Source of the DNA: Octopus sinensis
Taxonomy: Eukaryota
Direction: 5' to 3'
DNA length: 64,000 nt
Assembly (NCBI RefSeq): GCF_006345805.1
Contig: NC_043006.1
Span: 7,874,001 to 7,938,000, forward strand
The notes under the pieces were generated by a model that ran no database searches, was not told where the DNA came from, and was given only the letters and a program-made list of their open reading frames with translations. Both the position numbers and the translations under genes were made by a program. Shown here piece by piece: positions 25,952-39,775 of the stretch (the stretch's first letter is position 1; each line of letters opens with the position of its first letter).

Positions 25952-26544
25952 ACTGTTTACTGTAACAACACTAATAAACAGAACTCTTTTCGCATATTTA
26001 CTTGTCGTTTCAGAATTTCAAATAAAAAAATTTATTAGTAAATTCATAATATGTGATTCTATATAAGGTTTGTGTCTACGTGCGCTTGCGCGCGCTCGTT
26101 GTTCGCCTGTGTGTGCGCATGTGTGGGTTTAGGATCTAGAGTTTGATTCATGTAACATCTGGTTAAATACAATAACTGAGTGGGTGGCAAAATCCAAACA
26201 CTTCAACAAGCAGCTCGGCAGCAGCAGCAGCAGAACGCAAATGTTAACACACACATATGCACACACAACATATACGCACACACACATCACATACGTACAC
26301 ATAAGCGCAACAGACGCATTTACATACACAAACAGCACCTTATAGATTATTTCATACAATTATATAATCCAATCAGTGATATATAAGTACGTGGCTACGT
26401 GTGTGTGTATACTCCAAGGAATACACGTAACGACATCCGACGGTGCAGAATTTCTTTCCATTAAAAATTATATACATACATTTTCGCATCATATTTGAAT
26501 ATCTCTCATTTAAAATCGATCAACATTTTTTCACTCCTGTCACC

Positions 26545-26652
26545 ATGTGTGTGTGTGTGTGCGTGTGTGTGTGTGTGTGTTTGCGTGGGTGTAGATGCAC
26601 ATTCATATATAATATATATGTATATATATATAGCATATACTTACATTCATAT

Positions 26653-26684
<32 letters not shown>

Positions 26685-26893
26685 AGCGAGAAAGAAGCAA
26701 CAAGAATGGATAGGTTTTTAGTACAATCGTTTCATACAAGGACAGGCTTTATTAAAAGTTGCAAAAATTACAGCATATAAACGTGTCCCGTACTCATCAG
26801 CTAAAATACATGTGAGTTCTCTAGACATCCTAGTGGTTGAGGCTATACTCATGAAGTAATGTAGATAATTAAGTAAGTAAGTAAGTATATATA

Positions 26894-26927
<34 letters not shown>

Positions 26928-27043
26928 CATATACTTAAATTAATATTGTGTGCAAGTGTGTGTGTGTGTGTGTTTGCGTAGGTGTATATGCACATTCATA
27001 TATAATATATATGTATATATATAGCAAATACTTACATTCATAT

Positions 27044-27121
<78 letters not shown>

Positions 27122-27340
27122 AAAGAGCATATACTTAATTTAATATTATGTGTGCAAGTGTGTGTGTCTTTGCGTGGGTGTATATGCACATTCATATATA
27201 AATATATATATACATAGCATATACTTAAATTAATATTATGTGTGCATGTGTTTTATTGTGTGTGCGCGCGCGCGTGTGTGTGTGTGCGCGCGCGCGTGTG
27301 TGTGTGTGCGTGTGTGAAGAGAGAGAGAGAGAGAGATGAA
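26545..27340. repeat. Composite microsatellite-containing tandem repeat
   Basis: Three copies of GTTTGCGTGGGTGTATATGCACATTCATATATAA..TAGCATATACTTA with TG/TA/GA runs. Confidence 0.8.
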
Positions 27341-27546
27341 CACAGGGACGGACAGTTCAACACAAGTAGGCTTAATGCGCATATTCAGATGCCATACTAA
27401 ATAAAAATTTAAAAGATGAAGAAAGCGAACGAAACGGGTTATCTAATAGTCTCCCCCCCCCCCAGGCAAACGCATGTATAAAGCATATAAACATAGAATA
27501 TATATACATAAACCTCACCGTTTCATATATACATATATACATATAT

Positions 27547-27680
27547 GACTTTGCCTTTCATCCTTTCGGGGTCGATAAATTAAGTACCAGTTACGCACTG
27601 GGGTCGATGTAATCGACTTAATCCGTTTGTCTGTCCTTGTTTGTCCCCTCCGTGTTTCGCCCCTTGTGGGTAATAAAGAA
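27547..27680 (+). mobile_element. 5'-truncated main-family SINE
   Basis: Core plus tail only, within (TA)-rich DNA. Confidence 0.9.
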
Positions 27681-27759
27681 ACAAAAAATATATATATACA
27701 TAAAACGGTTGTATATATATATTTACATATATTTGTAGATATACGTTTACATATATATG

Positions 27760-27805
<46 letters not shown>

Positions 27806-27813
27806 TATATATA

Positions 27814-27862
<49 letters not shown>

Positions 27863-28696
27863 AATTGATATAGGGGTTGTAAATGCAACCCTCCATGGGA
27901 TAACATATATCCAATATACTGCTAGTGAAGTCCCCAACAAAGTTAATACATAAATGCTAAGAATTGCAATACAATTAATTCATTTATTGTATTATATGGG
28001 CAATGGTAAAATGTTTTACCACAAATTCATAATACAAAATAAGAAAATGGAGAAATACATCGAAATCAAATATCAATTAACAGATAATACTCAATCACAT
28101 ACTTTATTAAACCACCACATAAGAAACTATAAGGTTAAACATAATAATGTAGGGTAAAACAGTGTACATGAAGGAGTGTACATAAAATAGTGTACATAAA
28201 ATAGTAATGTTATACAATATACAATAAATAGAATACGTATAATAGAAAATAGATATAAGTACACATAAATATAAATATAGACTATATCTTACAGCTGTTT
28301 CGGCCATGTAGATAAGCATGTCTCATTTAACTTATATTAGCCATTTATGGTAGGTTTCTCCGACTAAAGAACCCTTTAAGGCAGTGCTTCAGCATGGTTG
28401 ACTGCAGTCAAATGACGGAAACAAATATACGAATAAAAGAGCCCTCAGAATTTATATCAACTATACTAACGGAGCGAACAATTTTTTCCATTTATAAACT
28501 CTGTCACATCCGCCCCTTCTAACTTTGTTTCCCTGTTCTTATTTTGCTTCAGTCTGATATTGATAACCTTGGAAAAGACATTAGCGCCAAAAAATCTCAC
28601 CAGACATCCCCCCAATACACCTCCTTCCCTATGAAATTAAGAACTGTTTCTTATGTATTAAAGGGACATTTTATTTCATGAGTAAACAGTATCATA

Positions 28697-28932
28697 TCTG
28701 TTTCTTTATTACCCACGAGGGGCTAAACATAAAGGGGAGCAACAAGGGCAGACAAACAGATTAAGTTGATTAATTCGACTCCAGTGCATAACTGGTGCTT
28801 AATTTATCGACCCCGAAAGGATGAAAGGCAAAGTCGACCTCGGCGGAATTTGAACTCAGGACGTAACGGCAGATAAAATCCGGCTACGCATTTCGCCCGG
28901 GGGGCTAACGATTCTGCCAGCTCGCCGCCTTT
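28697..28932 (-). mobile_element. tRNA-derived SINE (main family)
   Basis: Full head, core and tail; flanks share GTATCATATC. Confidence 0.92.
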
Positions 28933-29428
28933 AAACCGTATCATATCATGTTAAGTATTTACTGCAGGTTAGATCCTAGTGAGAGAAAGCGGGCAGCCAA
29001 GATTTAGGAAGTGAAGTTCACGATCGTAATGTCATGGGTTCAAATCCTGGACCAGACGGTAACTTGTCTTTGAGCACAGAACTTCGTTACCTGTCTCTGC
29101 AGTTTACTCAGTTTTGCAGAATGAACATTAAGTACTAGCCAGGTGGCTGTCCAACCCCGGATGCTCCGTCGGATCTATCGTGATAAAGTTAAGAAACTAT
29201 CTACGCATCTGGAAAGATAAGCGAGGGTGTGGTGCAGTACAGGTTATTAAGCAATAGAGGGATGGTTGCCTCTTAAACTGCAGCTAGACTGAGACAAATA
29301 GGGAAATAGAAATGACCCTAAACTTTATCCCTGCAGCATATTTTAACGCCACCGGAAACTGCTTAGTGAAGTAGACCTTCGAAAGGTGTTATAAGGAGAT
29401 AAGACTAGAAGCAACGTTTCGAGGGCTC

Positions 29429-29840
29429 TCTTTTACTCTTTACTCTTTTACTTGTTTCAGTCATTTGACTGCGGCCATGCTGGAGCACCACCTTTTAGTC
29501 GAGCAAATCGACCCCAGGACTTATTCTTTGTAAGCCCAGTACTTATTCTATCGGTCTCTTTTGCCGAACCGCTAAATGACGGGGATGTAAACACACCAGC
29601 ATCGGTTGTCAAGCAATGCTAGGGGGACAAACACAGACACACAAACACACACATACATATATATATACATATATACGACAGGCTTCTTTCAATTTCCGTC
29701 TACCAAATCCACTCACAAGGCATTGGTCGGCCCGGGGCTATAGCAGAAGACACTTGCCCAAGATGCCACGCAGTGGGACTGAACCCGGAACCATGTGGTT
29801 GGTTAGCAAGCTACTTACCACACAGCCACTCCTGCGCCTA
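29429..29840 (-). mobile_element. Third tRNA-derived SINE family with internal CA/TA microsatellite
   Basis: Head TAGGCGCAGGAGTGGCTGTGTGGTAAG..GGGTTCAGTCCC; (GAGTAAAA)n tail; near-identical to 60643-61028. Confidence 0.93.
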
Positions 29841-30283
29841 TTATATTTTTTTAAAGAGGTATTGTAGACATACCTGCGATAAGGCAGTGTTTCCGTAGTC
29901 TATTCTATTTGAACTCCGCTACTGCAAATTAACAAAACTTAAACGATACGATAAATTAGGTGTCACGGACACAGTAGGGTTGCGGACTATGTACTGTGCA
30001 GTTTTTAGTCGCATTACGTTGCATACCAGTCATAAACTGCAATATATTACTTTCCCTACTAGCCGGACGTCTAGCACTTATATGATGACTGTGTTGTTAA
30101 TTCTCTACACAACCTCATTATCCGGCTTCCATCTACATATATATATATATATATATTGTAATTTAGTCAAGTGTCCTTTTACTATAGAGTCGGAATGACA
30201 CATACTTAGTGAATGAAATTTAGTAGACAGAAACTATGCAACAGAACATTGCATAGACGTATACACACAAGAACATACCTATA

Positions 30284-31249
30284 CGAGGGTCGGTTGAAGA
30301 TTAGGTAGGCCGACTAAGATACTCACATGGAATGTGACCAAATAAGGTCCCCTCACAGTCCACACACTTCTTTTATTAGCGTTGCATTGTGTCTATCCCA
30401 TTTAGAAGATTTCAAACAGTTGACCAAAAAGATCATCAACAGTGGAACATGACGTCATTATCACTGCGATAATGGTTCCGAATCAAGTGTTTCTTCGTGT
30501 TCGAGAATAATGGTAATCAGATAGGGTCAGATCGGGAGATCAACCGGTTCAAAACCAGTCACGCACAGCAGCCATTGAAACTAAGTATTTGTGTGTACTG
30601 GAGCATTGTTCTGATGAAACAAGGCTCCTTTCCTCAGTTGTCATGGGAGTTTGATCTTCATAGCCATTCGTAATTGCCTCAGCAATTTGACATGGTAATC
30701 TCCGCTGATGAAGTGGCCCTTTTAAAGGTAGTCAATAAACACAATGCCTTTTGCATCCCCAAAACGGGAAAAATTCACCTCCTCTGCAGATGAAACGACC
30801 TTGGCCTTCTTTGGAGCAGGCGAAAAGGGGTGTCTCCACTGCATGGATTGCCTCTTTGTCTCTGGCTCATACTGATGAAACCAACACTCATCCTGGCTTA
30901 TCAAATGTTCAGCAAAACCATTTGGATTTGCCTCAAACAATGTCAGATTTTCCCGTGTTGTTATTAGCCTGGTGCACTTTTCCTCAAGTATCAGACCACG
31001 TGGCACCTACCGAGCATAAACATTCGTCATGCCAAGTCCATGCGCAGAGTATTCTCAAGTCTTTCAAGAGATATACTAATATCATTGGCGATTTGATTTA
31101 TAGTCCATCGTCCGTTATCCATCACCAACTGGTGAAGCTGGTGGAAATTTCAGGACGTCCAGACAGGAGATTATCTTAAATACTCTCCCTTCCCCTCTTT
31201 AATTCAACTTCTCGATAGTCAGCCTACGAACATTTTCAGTCCGCCCTCG
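30284..31249 (-). mobile_element. Mariner transposon with both TIRs, internally deleted, frameshifted
   Basis: TA|CGAGGGTCGGTTGAAG..TAGGC and GCCTACGAACATTTTCAGTCCGCCCTCG|TA; ORF 30722-31006 HLISQDECWFHQYEPETKRQSMQW..GIVFIDYL; same family as 17426-18247. Confidence 0.95.
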
Positions 31250-31503
31250 TATATACGTATACTTACGTGTATGTGCGTGTGTACATAATGTATTTGTATA
31301 TACAAAAATTATGTAGGCATGTATGTATATATGCATCTATGTATGGATGTATGTATGTATTTTTGTATGTTCTCTTCTATGTTTGTTTGACTTTAATATG
31401 TGATAAACTACAGAATAATCGATCTTTTGATCTTGTCAAATTAATTTGGGAGAGGATTAAATTAGAATGTATGTACACACACACATATATATAAACACAC
31501 ACC

Positions 31504-31638
<135 letters not shown>

Positions 31639-32019
31639 TACACACGTATGTATATATATGAAAATGAAGCGAGGTACAGGAAGAGAATGAGAGTATCCTA
31701 GATAATGCGGAGGGGTGAGAAGTCGAAGAAGACAAAAATAGATGAGGAGACATATGTACTAACAACAGTAGGAGGAAGGCAAAAGATTTGAGTCGAAAGT
31801 GTTTTCGTTTTGTAAAAATACGATTCATAACGGATTATATTTAGAAAATACGTGTTTGTGTGAAGTGAAGAAAAACAACTTCTGTGTAATATCTTTTACT
31901 GTAAGAAATATACGATATGGATCGGATAGAGTTACCATATAGCAGATAGGTTGGGTGAAAACATTTATCGGACAGGAAAATACCGACAACGTAAAATTAC
32001 GAAAGCCGAAGTATGTATG

Positions 32020-32050
<31 letters not shown>

Positions 32051-32329
32051 TATGTATGCATGTATGTATATATGCATCTATGTATGGATGGATGTATGTA
32101 TGTATGATTGTATGTTTTCTTCTATTTTTAATTATTTGAAATCCTCCTCCAATGAAAGATCTCGTTTCTAACAAAGATACATTTCATCCCGAGAATTTGG
32201 ATTTAAAACAAATTTACGTTCTGAACTTGAGAGAAATCTTTCTGTGTGTGTGTGTGGGGGATCTGTTCCGCTTAGAGACTGTAACTTGGAAAAAGTATTT
32301 ATTTCTTTCTCTTCGCAGAACCGTTAAAC

Positions 32330-33060
32330 CGATCATATTATCCAATTATGGTTGATAGCTTTACTAAATGGCCAGAAATGTGTAAATGCAGAAAACCAAC
32401 ATCCACGGTAACAGATGAATTCCTACACGAACCTTTTGCTAGGTATGGCGCTCTGGATTCCAAGTCTCCAATAACGGTAGACAATTCACGGCGAATGGAT
32501 TTAAGAATTTTTGCAAGATGTACTGAATTGAACATATTACTACTCCTCCATGTCACCCAAGATTTAGCGCGCAAGCGAAAAGGTTTGTGGATACATTTAA
32601 AAGAGCATTAAAGAATTCAAAAAACGTGCTGGTCGATGATGCAGCATTCACACAATGAGGGTTTATAGAATAACACCAAACCCAAATGTCGAGAAATAAA
32701 ATCAAATGTTCACAAGCTGCTAACAGTAAAAAAAGCAATAGTGAAAACACTAAAAATACAACAATTTCTTTTTGATATTGGTGACAAGGTGTTTTTCAAA
32801 ATATACAAATGGGAGACAAGGTTGGGAAGATGGAGTAGTAAAACTGATATATATAACAGGCAAAAAATAGGAGCACAAAAGAAGAAAGGAGATACCCATG
32901 GAAGTGCTCTATGGCACCTTTGATGTTCCAACGCCACACGTAATCGGACCTAGTCGTAGTAGTACAAGAAAAAGGATACAAACAGAAAGGCTGGAAGTAG
33001 TCCCTAAACGGAAGAAATATAAAACCTCTCTAGCAGGAAAATATCAAAAAAAGGGAGATG
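32330..33060 (+). mobile_element. Gypsy/Ty3 integrase remnant with polypurine tract
   Basis: MVDSFTKWPEMCKCRKPTSTVTDEFLHEPFARYG (rve core start); PPT-like AAAAAAAGGGAGA then TGTAA at ~33047-33063. Confidence 0.85.
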
Positions 33061-33128
33061 TAATGAAAGAAAAATAAATAAAAATGATGATATTAACTTC
33101 TAATGGAAGTCAATCTCAAGGTGGGAGA

Positions 33129-33518
33129 TGTTGTGGCGAGAGTCATTGACACTCCTGGTGGATTGGCAGAACTGTTATAAAAAGTAGAGGTCGGTAATAG
33201 TCGAGAGAAAGCGTTTTGGTAGTCTCGCGAAGTACGTCATGTAAATACATTGATTAATCTCCAACGTGTGTCAAGGATATAAAATATCTAATATTTTTTC
33301 GGGGTTTGCTTTCATACATTGACCCGATCATAGGACGGGGCGCGCCCTTTTGATCTGAGAAATGAATGAAATACCTGGTGTGTGTCTTGTTGTGGCTACA
33401 CCCTCCTATGGGGAATAGGTGTTGGTAAATTATTAAAAAATACTATGGGTGTGTGCGTGTGTGTCTTCTACTTTTAACTATAATAAATCTTCCCCCGAAG
33501 AGGGACCCAGTTGTAACA
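33129..33518 (+). mobile_element. Probable LTR (TG...CA)
   Basis: Preceded by GGTGGGAGA; TGTT...AACA ends; TATAAAA and AATAAA inside; partner LTR not identified. Confidence 0.5.
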
Positions 33519-33639
33519 AAGATACAAGGATTCATCTCTGGGATGTAGTTAACACAGATAAATTCACATTTGAAACTTGAGAAAAGTCTTGCATATTTTT
33601 ACTGTTCCACTCACAGATTGAACTTGTAATGTACGAATC

Positions 33640-34400
33640 AGATGGTCAGTTTCTCTTTCTGAAAATCTCAGTTTATCCAGATTCTCCTTTAAGCATTTAC
33701 TAACAAAACCTAGTGCTCCAATTATCATTGATATGAATATGAATTCATAGTCTGACTATAGAAGCTGGCGGTTTCGAAGCAGTTGTCCATAGATTTTTAA
33801 AGAGATATTTATATCTGCAGGGTAGCTAACCTCTATGATGGCACATACCTTTGCCCTTATATCCCAAACAACAATATCCAGCATGTTATGCTTACATTTG
33901 ACATGAGTTTTGATGGGAATATTCCACCAGTATAACTTGAGTTGGTGTTTATCAATGTATTCCATAAAACAGGGATTTTCTAAGCTTATTTCAGGAAAGT
34001 GTTTTTTTGCGGATGGCATTGTAAATTGTTTTAGCAACAACATCGTGCAGCATAGGGAGGTAGTACCGTGACGACATTGTAGGACAGCTGCTAATCAAGC
34101 GCGTGATGTCTTCCACAGAAACATGACATAGCCTACACATGCGGTTGCACCTTGGAAATACAAGACCGTCCCTGTCTCTTGTTCACCAGGTACTTTGTGA
34201 CAATCTATTCCTGGATTGCAAACGCATGGCCTTCAACGTGCGATGTGATATAGTGGTCTTGTGTCCTAGAGAGGTTACGCTTCGTGTCCATTCTACTGTC
34301 TTCTTTAAGCTTCCGGACAGTATACCAGTATGCATGGTCGATTTTTTTATATGCTGAGTGCTTTCCATCCAGGTCTTCTCTGAGGTAAGAGAGTCCAGCT
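33640..34400 (-). mobile_element. REL-endonuclease LINE fragment (zinc knuckle plus endonuclease)
   Basis: CRLCHVSVEDIT..SSC; WWNIPIKTHVKCKHNMLDIVVWD..IIEVSYPAD. Confidence 0.85.
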
Positions 34401-34419
34401 GATTTTAGCCTGAATAGTA

Positions 34420-35400
34420 GATCATGAGGAATGAAATTTAGAGAGACTTAAAGAATTTCAAGCACTTAAAATGGACTTGACGTAAACATTCAATTCACAA
34501 TGGAATATAGCCATCAACAAATTCCCTTCCTCGATATCCACATTAAGAAATCTATCGACGAAATAGAAACAGATATATACTATAAGCTCACGGACCTCAA
34601 GCAACTCATGCCACTCCAGACACTAGAATATCTCTTTCAAATATCTCTATAGTTTCTAATACAAACACCAGGAACATACGACTACAAGAACTAAATTATG
34701 CACTCATCACCAGGAACTACCCAACACCACTAATTGATATATGCTTTCAACGCGCCCTGCAAATCAAAATCCACGAACTCAGACATCCCAAATTAAAGAT
34801 TGATTTACAACCAAAAGCCCTACCATACATCTCCACACACAACCCTCTTAATAATGAAGCATTCGACACCATCCTCCAAAACATACCCCTACTTAAAAGG
34901 GACGAATTTAATCCTCCAAACGCACACCATCATAAAGAGCAAGAGACAGCCCAAATATATGAAAAGTCTCTTAACACAAGCCTGAATACGCTCAACAACA
35001 CTGAAGCCGTCAGTAAAAAGTGCGGAAGACTTAACTGTGGTATACGTGTCAATTGAGAGATCAGAATTCTCTTTCAAACAGAGTCAATGTTTCACAGTGA
35101 AAAGCAACTTTACATGTGCTTAGGAGAAACTGATATACGATTTAACTTGATCTGGGTGTCGTGAGCAATACATAGGCCAAATCAAAAGCAGTCTACCTCA
35201 AATGATGGCTCTGCGCAGATCCCAGATCAAATTTCCGAAAAACAGGAAAAATAGCATTCAGCGAACACATCGACATTTGCTCCAATAGCAAACAACCCAG
35301 CTTCAGAGGTTTTCGCCTCTATCAATTCAGGGATAACACAAGTCCAATCTGTGAGTAGAATAGTAAAAATATGCAAGACTTTTCTGAAGTTCCAGTGGGA
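34420..35400 (+). mobile_element. Penelope-like element: RT C-terminus plus GIY-YIG endonuclease, decayed
   Basis: TMEYSHQQIPFLDIHIKKSIDEIETDIYYKLTD; LIYDLT*SGCREQYIGQ. Confidence 0.88.
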
Positions 35401-36739
35401 ATTTGTCTGTGTTAATTACATCCCAAAAGATTGATCCTTGTATCTTTGTTGGAAACCGGCTGCCTCCACAGTGGACGATTCATAATAATTACAAAATAGA
35501 ACACACACTCACAAATGCATATAAACATGCATACAAAGACATACATATGCACACACATACACACGTGCATACATACGTACATACATACATACACACAATT
35601 ACATACATTCATACGCACACACAAATACATACATACTTTCATTCTTTCATTCATACACACACACACACACACACACAATTACATACATACATATAAATGT
35701 ATATGTGATTCATTTTCATTTTTATTCGTCCCTCCTTCACATATCTTCTCGGTATAACTCCGAAATATATATTCGTGTGTGTGTGTACATTCGTGTGTGT
35801 GTGTGTGTGTGCATTCGTATGTGTGTGCATTCGTGTGTGTGTACGTGCTAATGTGCATGTATGCGTTTATTTTTTGGGAACTTTAACACTATTGAGAAAA
35901 GCGACAAATTGTTTTCTTTTGTTATTTTTTCGAACGAACCTTCTTGCAATACTTACTTTGAACTAATTCAAAGCCATCCCTATGCCACTCTCATCAGCAG
36001 GAATGCAATGAACCCAAGACTGGCCTGGTCAAACCTGTAAGCATCAATGATATCGCTTGCAAATCATTATATATATATAAAAAAAAACATATACTGCAAC
36101 ATCTCAAAGGAAAAATTCTATACCTATATGTGGTGTCCCTTTACAGCTAGGTCGACTTATCCATTCAGTTAATAAGAGTTTCTATTATGGTCATTGTGCA
36201 TGTCTTCCGACGACAGCGTATGCACTGTCGACACTTTCACATATTAACTATATAACCACCTACGACTTTTGATATTTATAATATGCAATAACTAAATCAT
36301 TTTTGTATTTCTTAAAATTTTTCTAGTTTATATGATAGAAAAACAATGTTTGTTTCATCGTTATTATTTTAGGTATTTTATTTTGCATCGTTTGCTTGTT
36401 TTTTTTTGTTGTATTTTTGTTTTTTGTTCGTTTTTTCTTTTGTCTTCAAACTGACATATCACATGGCTATCAGCGCTACAACAGATAACATCTTCATATT
36501 GTGTAACATTACTTAGTTTCGTCTTTCCGATTATCAGATTTTTCTAGCATTTTATACAAATCAGAGAAAATCTGTTTATCTGCTCTGTAGTAGATTACTA
36601 TCATCGTCCATGTTTAAAAGCTTTTTTCACTCGCTTTTTCATGTTATTTTGTCTGACATACAACATTTTTGCTGGTAGATCTCTATCTTTCTTTGTAGGA
36701 ACCAACACGCAAAGCTGTATTTATTGTGGTCTTGCAAAC

Positions 36740-37042
36740 GCGTCTTTGTGCATCTACATACATAAACATATACACACACGCATACATTCATACACTCATA
36801 TATATACATATACATATACATATATAAATATATACATATACATACATATATGTACCAACATATATGCACATATATTTGTACATACAAGCATATATATGCA
36901 CATATATATGCACCTGTATATATGCATGTACATATATATGTGCATATGTATGTATATATGCATATATATGCATGTACATATATATACATATATGTGTGCA
37001 TATATATGTACATGTATGTATGTATGTATGTATGTATGTATG

Positions 37043-37074
<32 letters not shown>

Positions 37075-37230
37075 CGTACGTACGTACGTATGTATGTATG
37101 TATGTATGTATGTATGTATGTATGTATGTATGTATGTATGTATGTACGTACGTACGTACGTATGTATGTATGTATGTATGTATGTATGTATGTATGTATG
37201 TATGTATGCATGAATGTATGTATGTATGTA
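36740..37230. repeat. Long (TACA/TATG/TACG)n microsatellite
   Basis: Visible; source of five overlapping spurious ORFs. Confidence 0.95.
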
Positions 37231-37934
37231 AGGCTGTGAGCATTCTGGGTAAACTATGACTGAACTTTTAAAATATTTTGTACATTTTTTTTTAGTGATG
37301 CTGAAATTTAAAGGCAGAAAATAGAAATGTTATGGCAAAAATGATAACAATTTTACATTTACAAATAAAAAAAAACAATATAAAATTGGAATATCTCAAC
37401 ATGTCTTTTTCCTTTAATCCCAGTTTACTCTCATCACTAAAAAGAATTTATTCAACTGCTGAGACAGGAAGAAAGCTATATTTAAGTTTCACGTTAGAAT
37501 AAATGATGGAAAGGTTTTGGAATCGAATTGCTACTGCGACACTGAAGCACGATGTGAAAGTGAATGCCTTGCTTTCATAAAGATGCAGTCTTGGATTCAA
37601 AATAAATGCGATCGATAAAATAAATTACTATTCAAGTACTGTGCTTGATTTAAACGAATATATTCTCCTTCAAATTTGCTATCACTCTGCCAATGTTTGA
37701 GATCGATATTTGGTAGAATGTATTTTGGTACGTCCTATCACATTCTGAGTTCAAATTCCACGAAGGTCAACTTCATCCTTTCGAGGTCAACAAACTAAAG
37801 TACCGGTCAAGTAAAGAAGTCTATTAAATCAACTAACCCTCACCTACACAAAAGGTGCCTCGATTACAAATTATTGATTCTAATTTTAAAACGAGCACTT
37901 TGTAGAGTTTAATTGACCATACACTACATGAAGA

Positions 37935-38032
37935 TTTCTAATTGTATACCAGTGTTGTATACCAATTTCTAGTTGTATACCAATTTCTAGTCGTATACCA
38001 ATAGTTGTATACAAATTTCTAGTTGTATACCA
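37935..38032. repeat. ~18-bp tandem repeat (CCAATTTCTAGTTGTATA), about 5 imperfect units
   Basis: Visible repeated TTGTATACCAA. Confidence 0.85.
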
Positions 38033-38047
38033 ATATTTAACAAAAGT

Positions 38048-38220
38048 TAAGGCGGCGAGCTAGCAGAATCGATAGCACGCCAAGCCCAATGCCTAACGGC
38101 ATTTCGTCTGTCTTTGTGTTCTGGATTCAAATGCCGCCAGGGTCGACTTTGCCTTTTATCCTTTCGGGGTCCATAAAAAAAGTACCAGTTGATCACTGGG
38201 GTCGATGTAATAGACTTATA
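38048..38220 (+). mobile_element. tRNA-derived SINE, tail-less
   Basis: GGCGGCGAGCTAGCAGAATCG head plus core. Confidence 0.85.
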
Positions 38221-38504
38221 TATTTCTAGTTACATGGTTGTACAAAATACTATACCTAGTTTTCTTTGACTTCCTTGAAGTATTTCATTCCGTATATGGT
38301 GAAACTTTGTAAAAAAGTGTTGGGTTAACTTGCTTCCCCAGGAAATGTCGTCTTGATCTTTGATTTTCCCGCACGACAATGTAAATGCTGATATTACCGA
38401 ATTCATAACAAATCATGCTGAAGTGGAGTAAGACAAGGATCTAGGATTACACTTGAGCTTTTCTATCTTCCTCTCAAATGTGCTCAGGCCCACTATAGGT
38501 AAAC

Positions 38505-38867
38505 GTAAAAAGGGAGGAAATTTGAGGATGAGGGGAGATGAGGGGGTAAGGGGAAGAGGAGGGGAGGGAGGGATCAGGTGGAGGGGAAGGGAGGCGGGGG
38601 CGGGCGTAGGGAGATGAAGAGGTGAGAGGAGGCGGGGAGGGGTCAGGCGGGGGGAGGGGAGGAGAGGAGAGGAGAAGCCAGGAGGAGGATGGGGGAGGAT
38701 TAGGGGAGGAGGCGAGGAGGTGGAGGGAGAGGAGGAGGAGGGGAGGAGGAGAGGAGGGGAATAACGGAGAAGGAGGATGGCGGAGGAGATAGGGAGGGGA
38801 GGAGAGGAGGAGGAGAGGAGAGGGAGGAAGTTTGGGATGGAGGAGGAGGGGAGAGGAGATGGAGGAG
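38505..38867 (+). repeat. ~360-bp polypurine (GGA/GAG) low-complexity tract
   Basis: Almost exclusively G/A on the + strand. Confidence 0.95.
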
Positions 38868-39020
38868 ATTAAGTCGATTACATCGACTCCAGTACTCAAC
38901 TGGCATTTACACTATCGACCCCGAAAGAATGAAATGGAAAGTTAACTTAGAATGTGAAGCCGGACAAAATATCACTAAGCATCTTGTTCGCGCGTTAACG
39001 TTTTGCCAACTCGCTACCTT
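38868..39020 (-). mobile_element. Degenerate SINE abutting the purine tract
   Basis: AAGTCGATTACATCGACTCCAGT..TATCGACCCCGAAAG core. Confidence 0.75.
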
Positions 39021-39699
39021 TATGATATTACTAATGCTGGTTTCAAATTTTGGCACAAGGCCAGCAATTGTGGGGAAGTGGGGACAGTCGATTGGCAAAA
39101 GAGTTAACTCCACTCCTGGATGAAACCCCAACTTATAATATTAGCTAGGGTTTTATCCCGGACATCAGGTTATATAAGACACCAGCCTATATAACAAAAA
39201 ACATATATATCACAAGTTCAACAGCCCTAAAGTTTAGCATTGTAAAAGAGATGAAGTTAGGCACAGAATATTATGTGTCTTGGACCCTGATATAAACATA
39301 AATGCTTTCGATGGATCTGAACTGAAGATTTATGAAAAGGTAATCCAACAGAATATTCGCTGAGCTATTTCGCTTCTGTAGAAACATTATTTATAAGAAT
39401 TCTAATGCAAAACGCCGCCATCTTTACATATTACCGGTCATCATGTTCAATATATAACCAAAGTGATCGATTTCTTGGCTGAGGTGGTGGTGGTGGTGGT
39501 GGTGGGGTTGATTTCTATTTATTTGTTTTGTTGTTCTTGTTATTGTCGCTGAATTTACATTTACCGATATTGGATTTTTAATATACGGTGTTTTAATATA
39601 TTTAGATCCATAAACGAGTGTTTATGTGTACCCGTTAGTGTAAGCAGAACGTAATTATATTTGTTTGTTTGGGTACATGTGTATATGTATTTATGTATA

Positions 39700-39734
39700 T
39701 ATGTGCACATACACAAACACACACACGCACACAC

Positions 39735-39775
<41 letters not shown>

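Noticed and set aside
29411-29428. AACGTTTCGAGGGCTC half-hammerhead
   Set aside because: Cut by a SINE tail; the other half is not found beyond the SINE
36207-36235. CCGACGACAGCGTATGCACTGTCGACAC hairpin
   Set aside because: Lacks GAAA and stem III; a 6-bp stem is expected by chance
38474-38906. Pro/Ser/Leu-rich 141-aa ORF
   Set aside because: Antisense reading of the polypurine tract
39410-39426. YY1-like CGCCGCCATCTT motif
   Set aside because: Isolated; no CpG-rich promoter context and the antisense ATG frame closes after 18 codons
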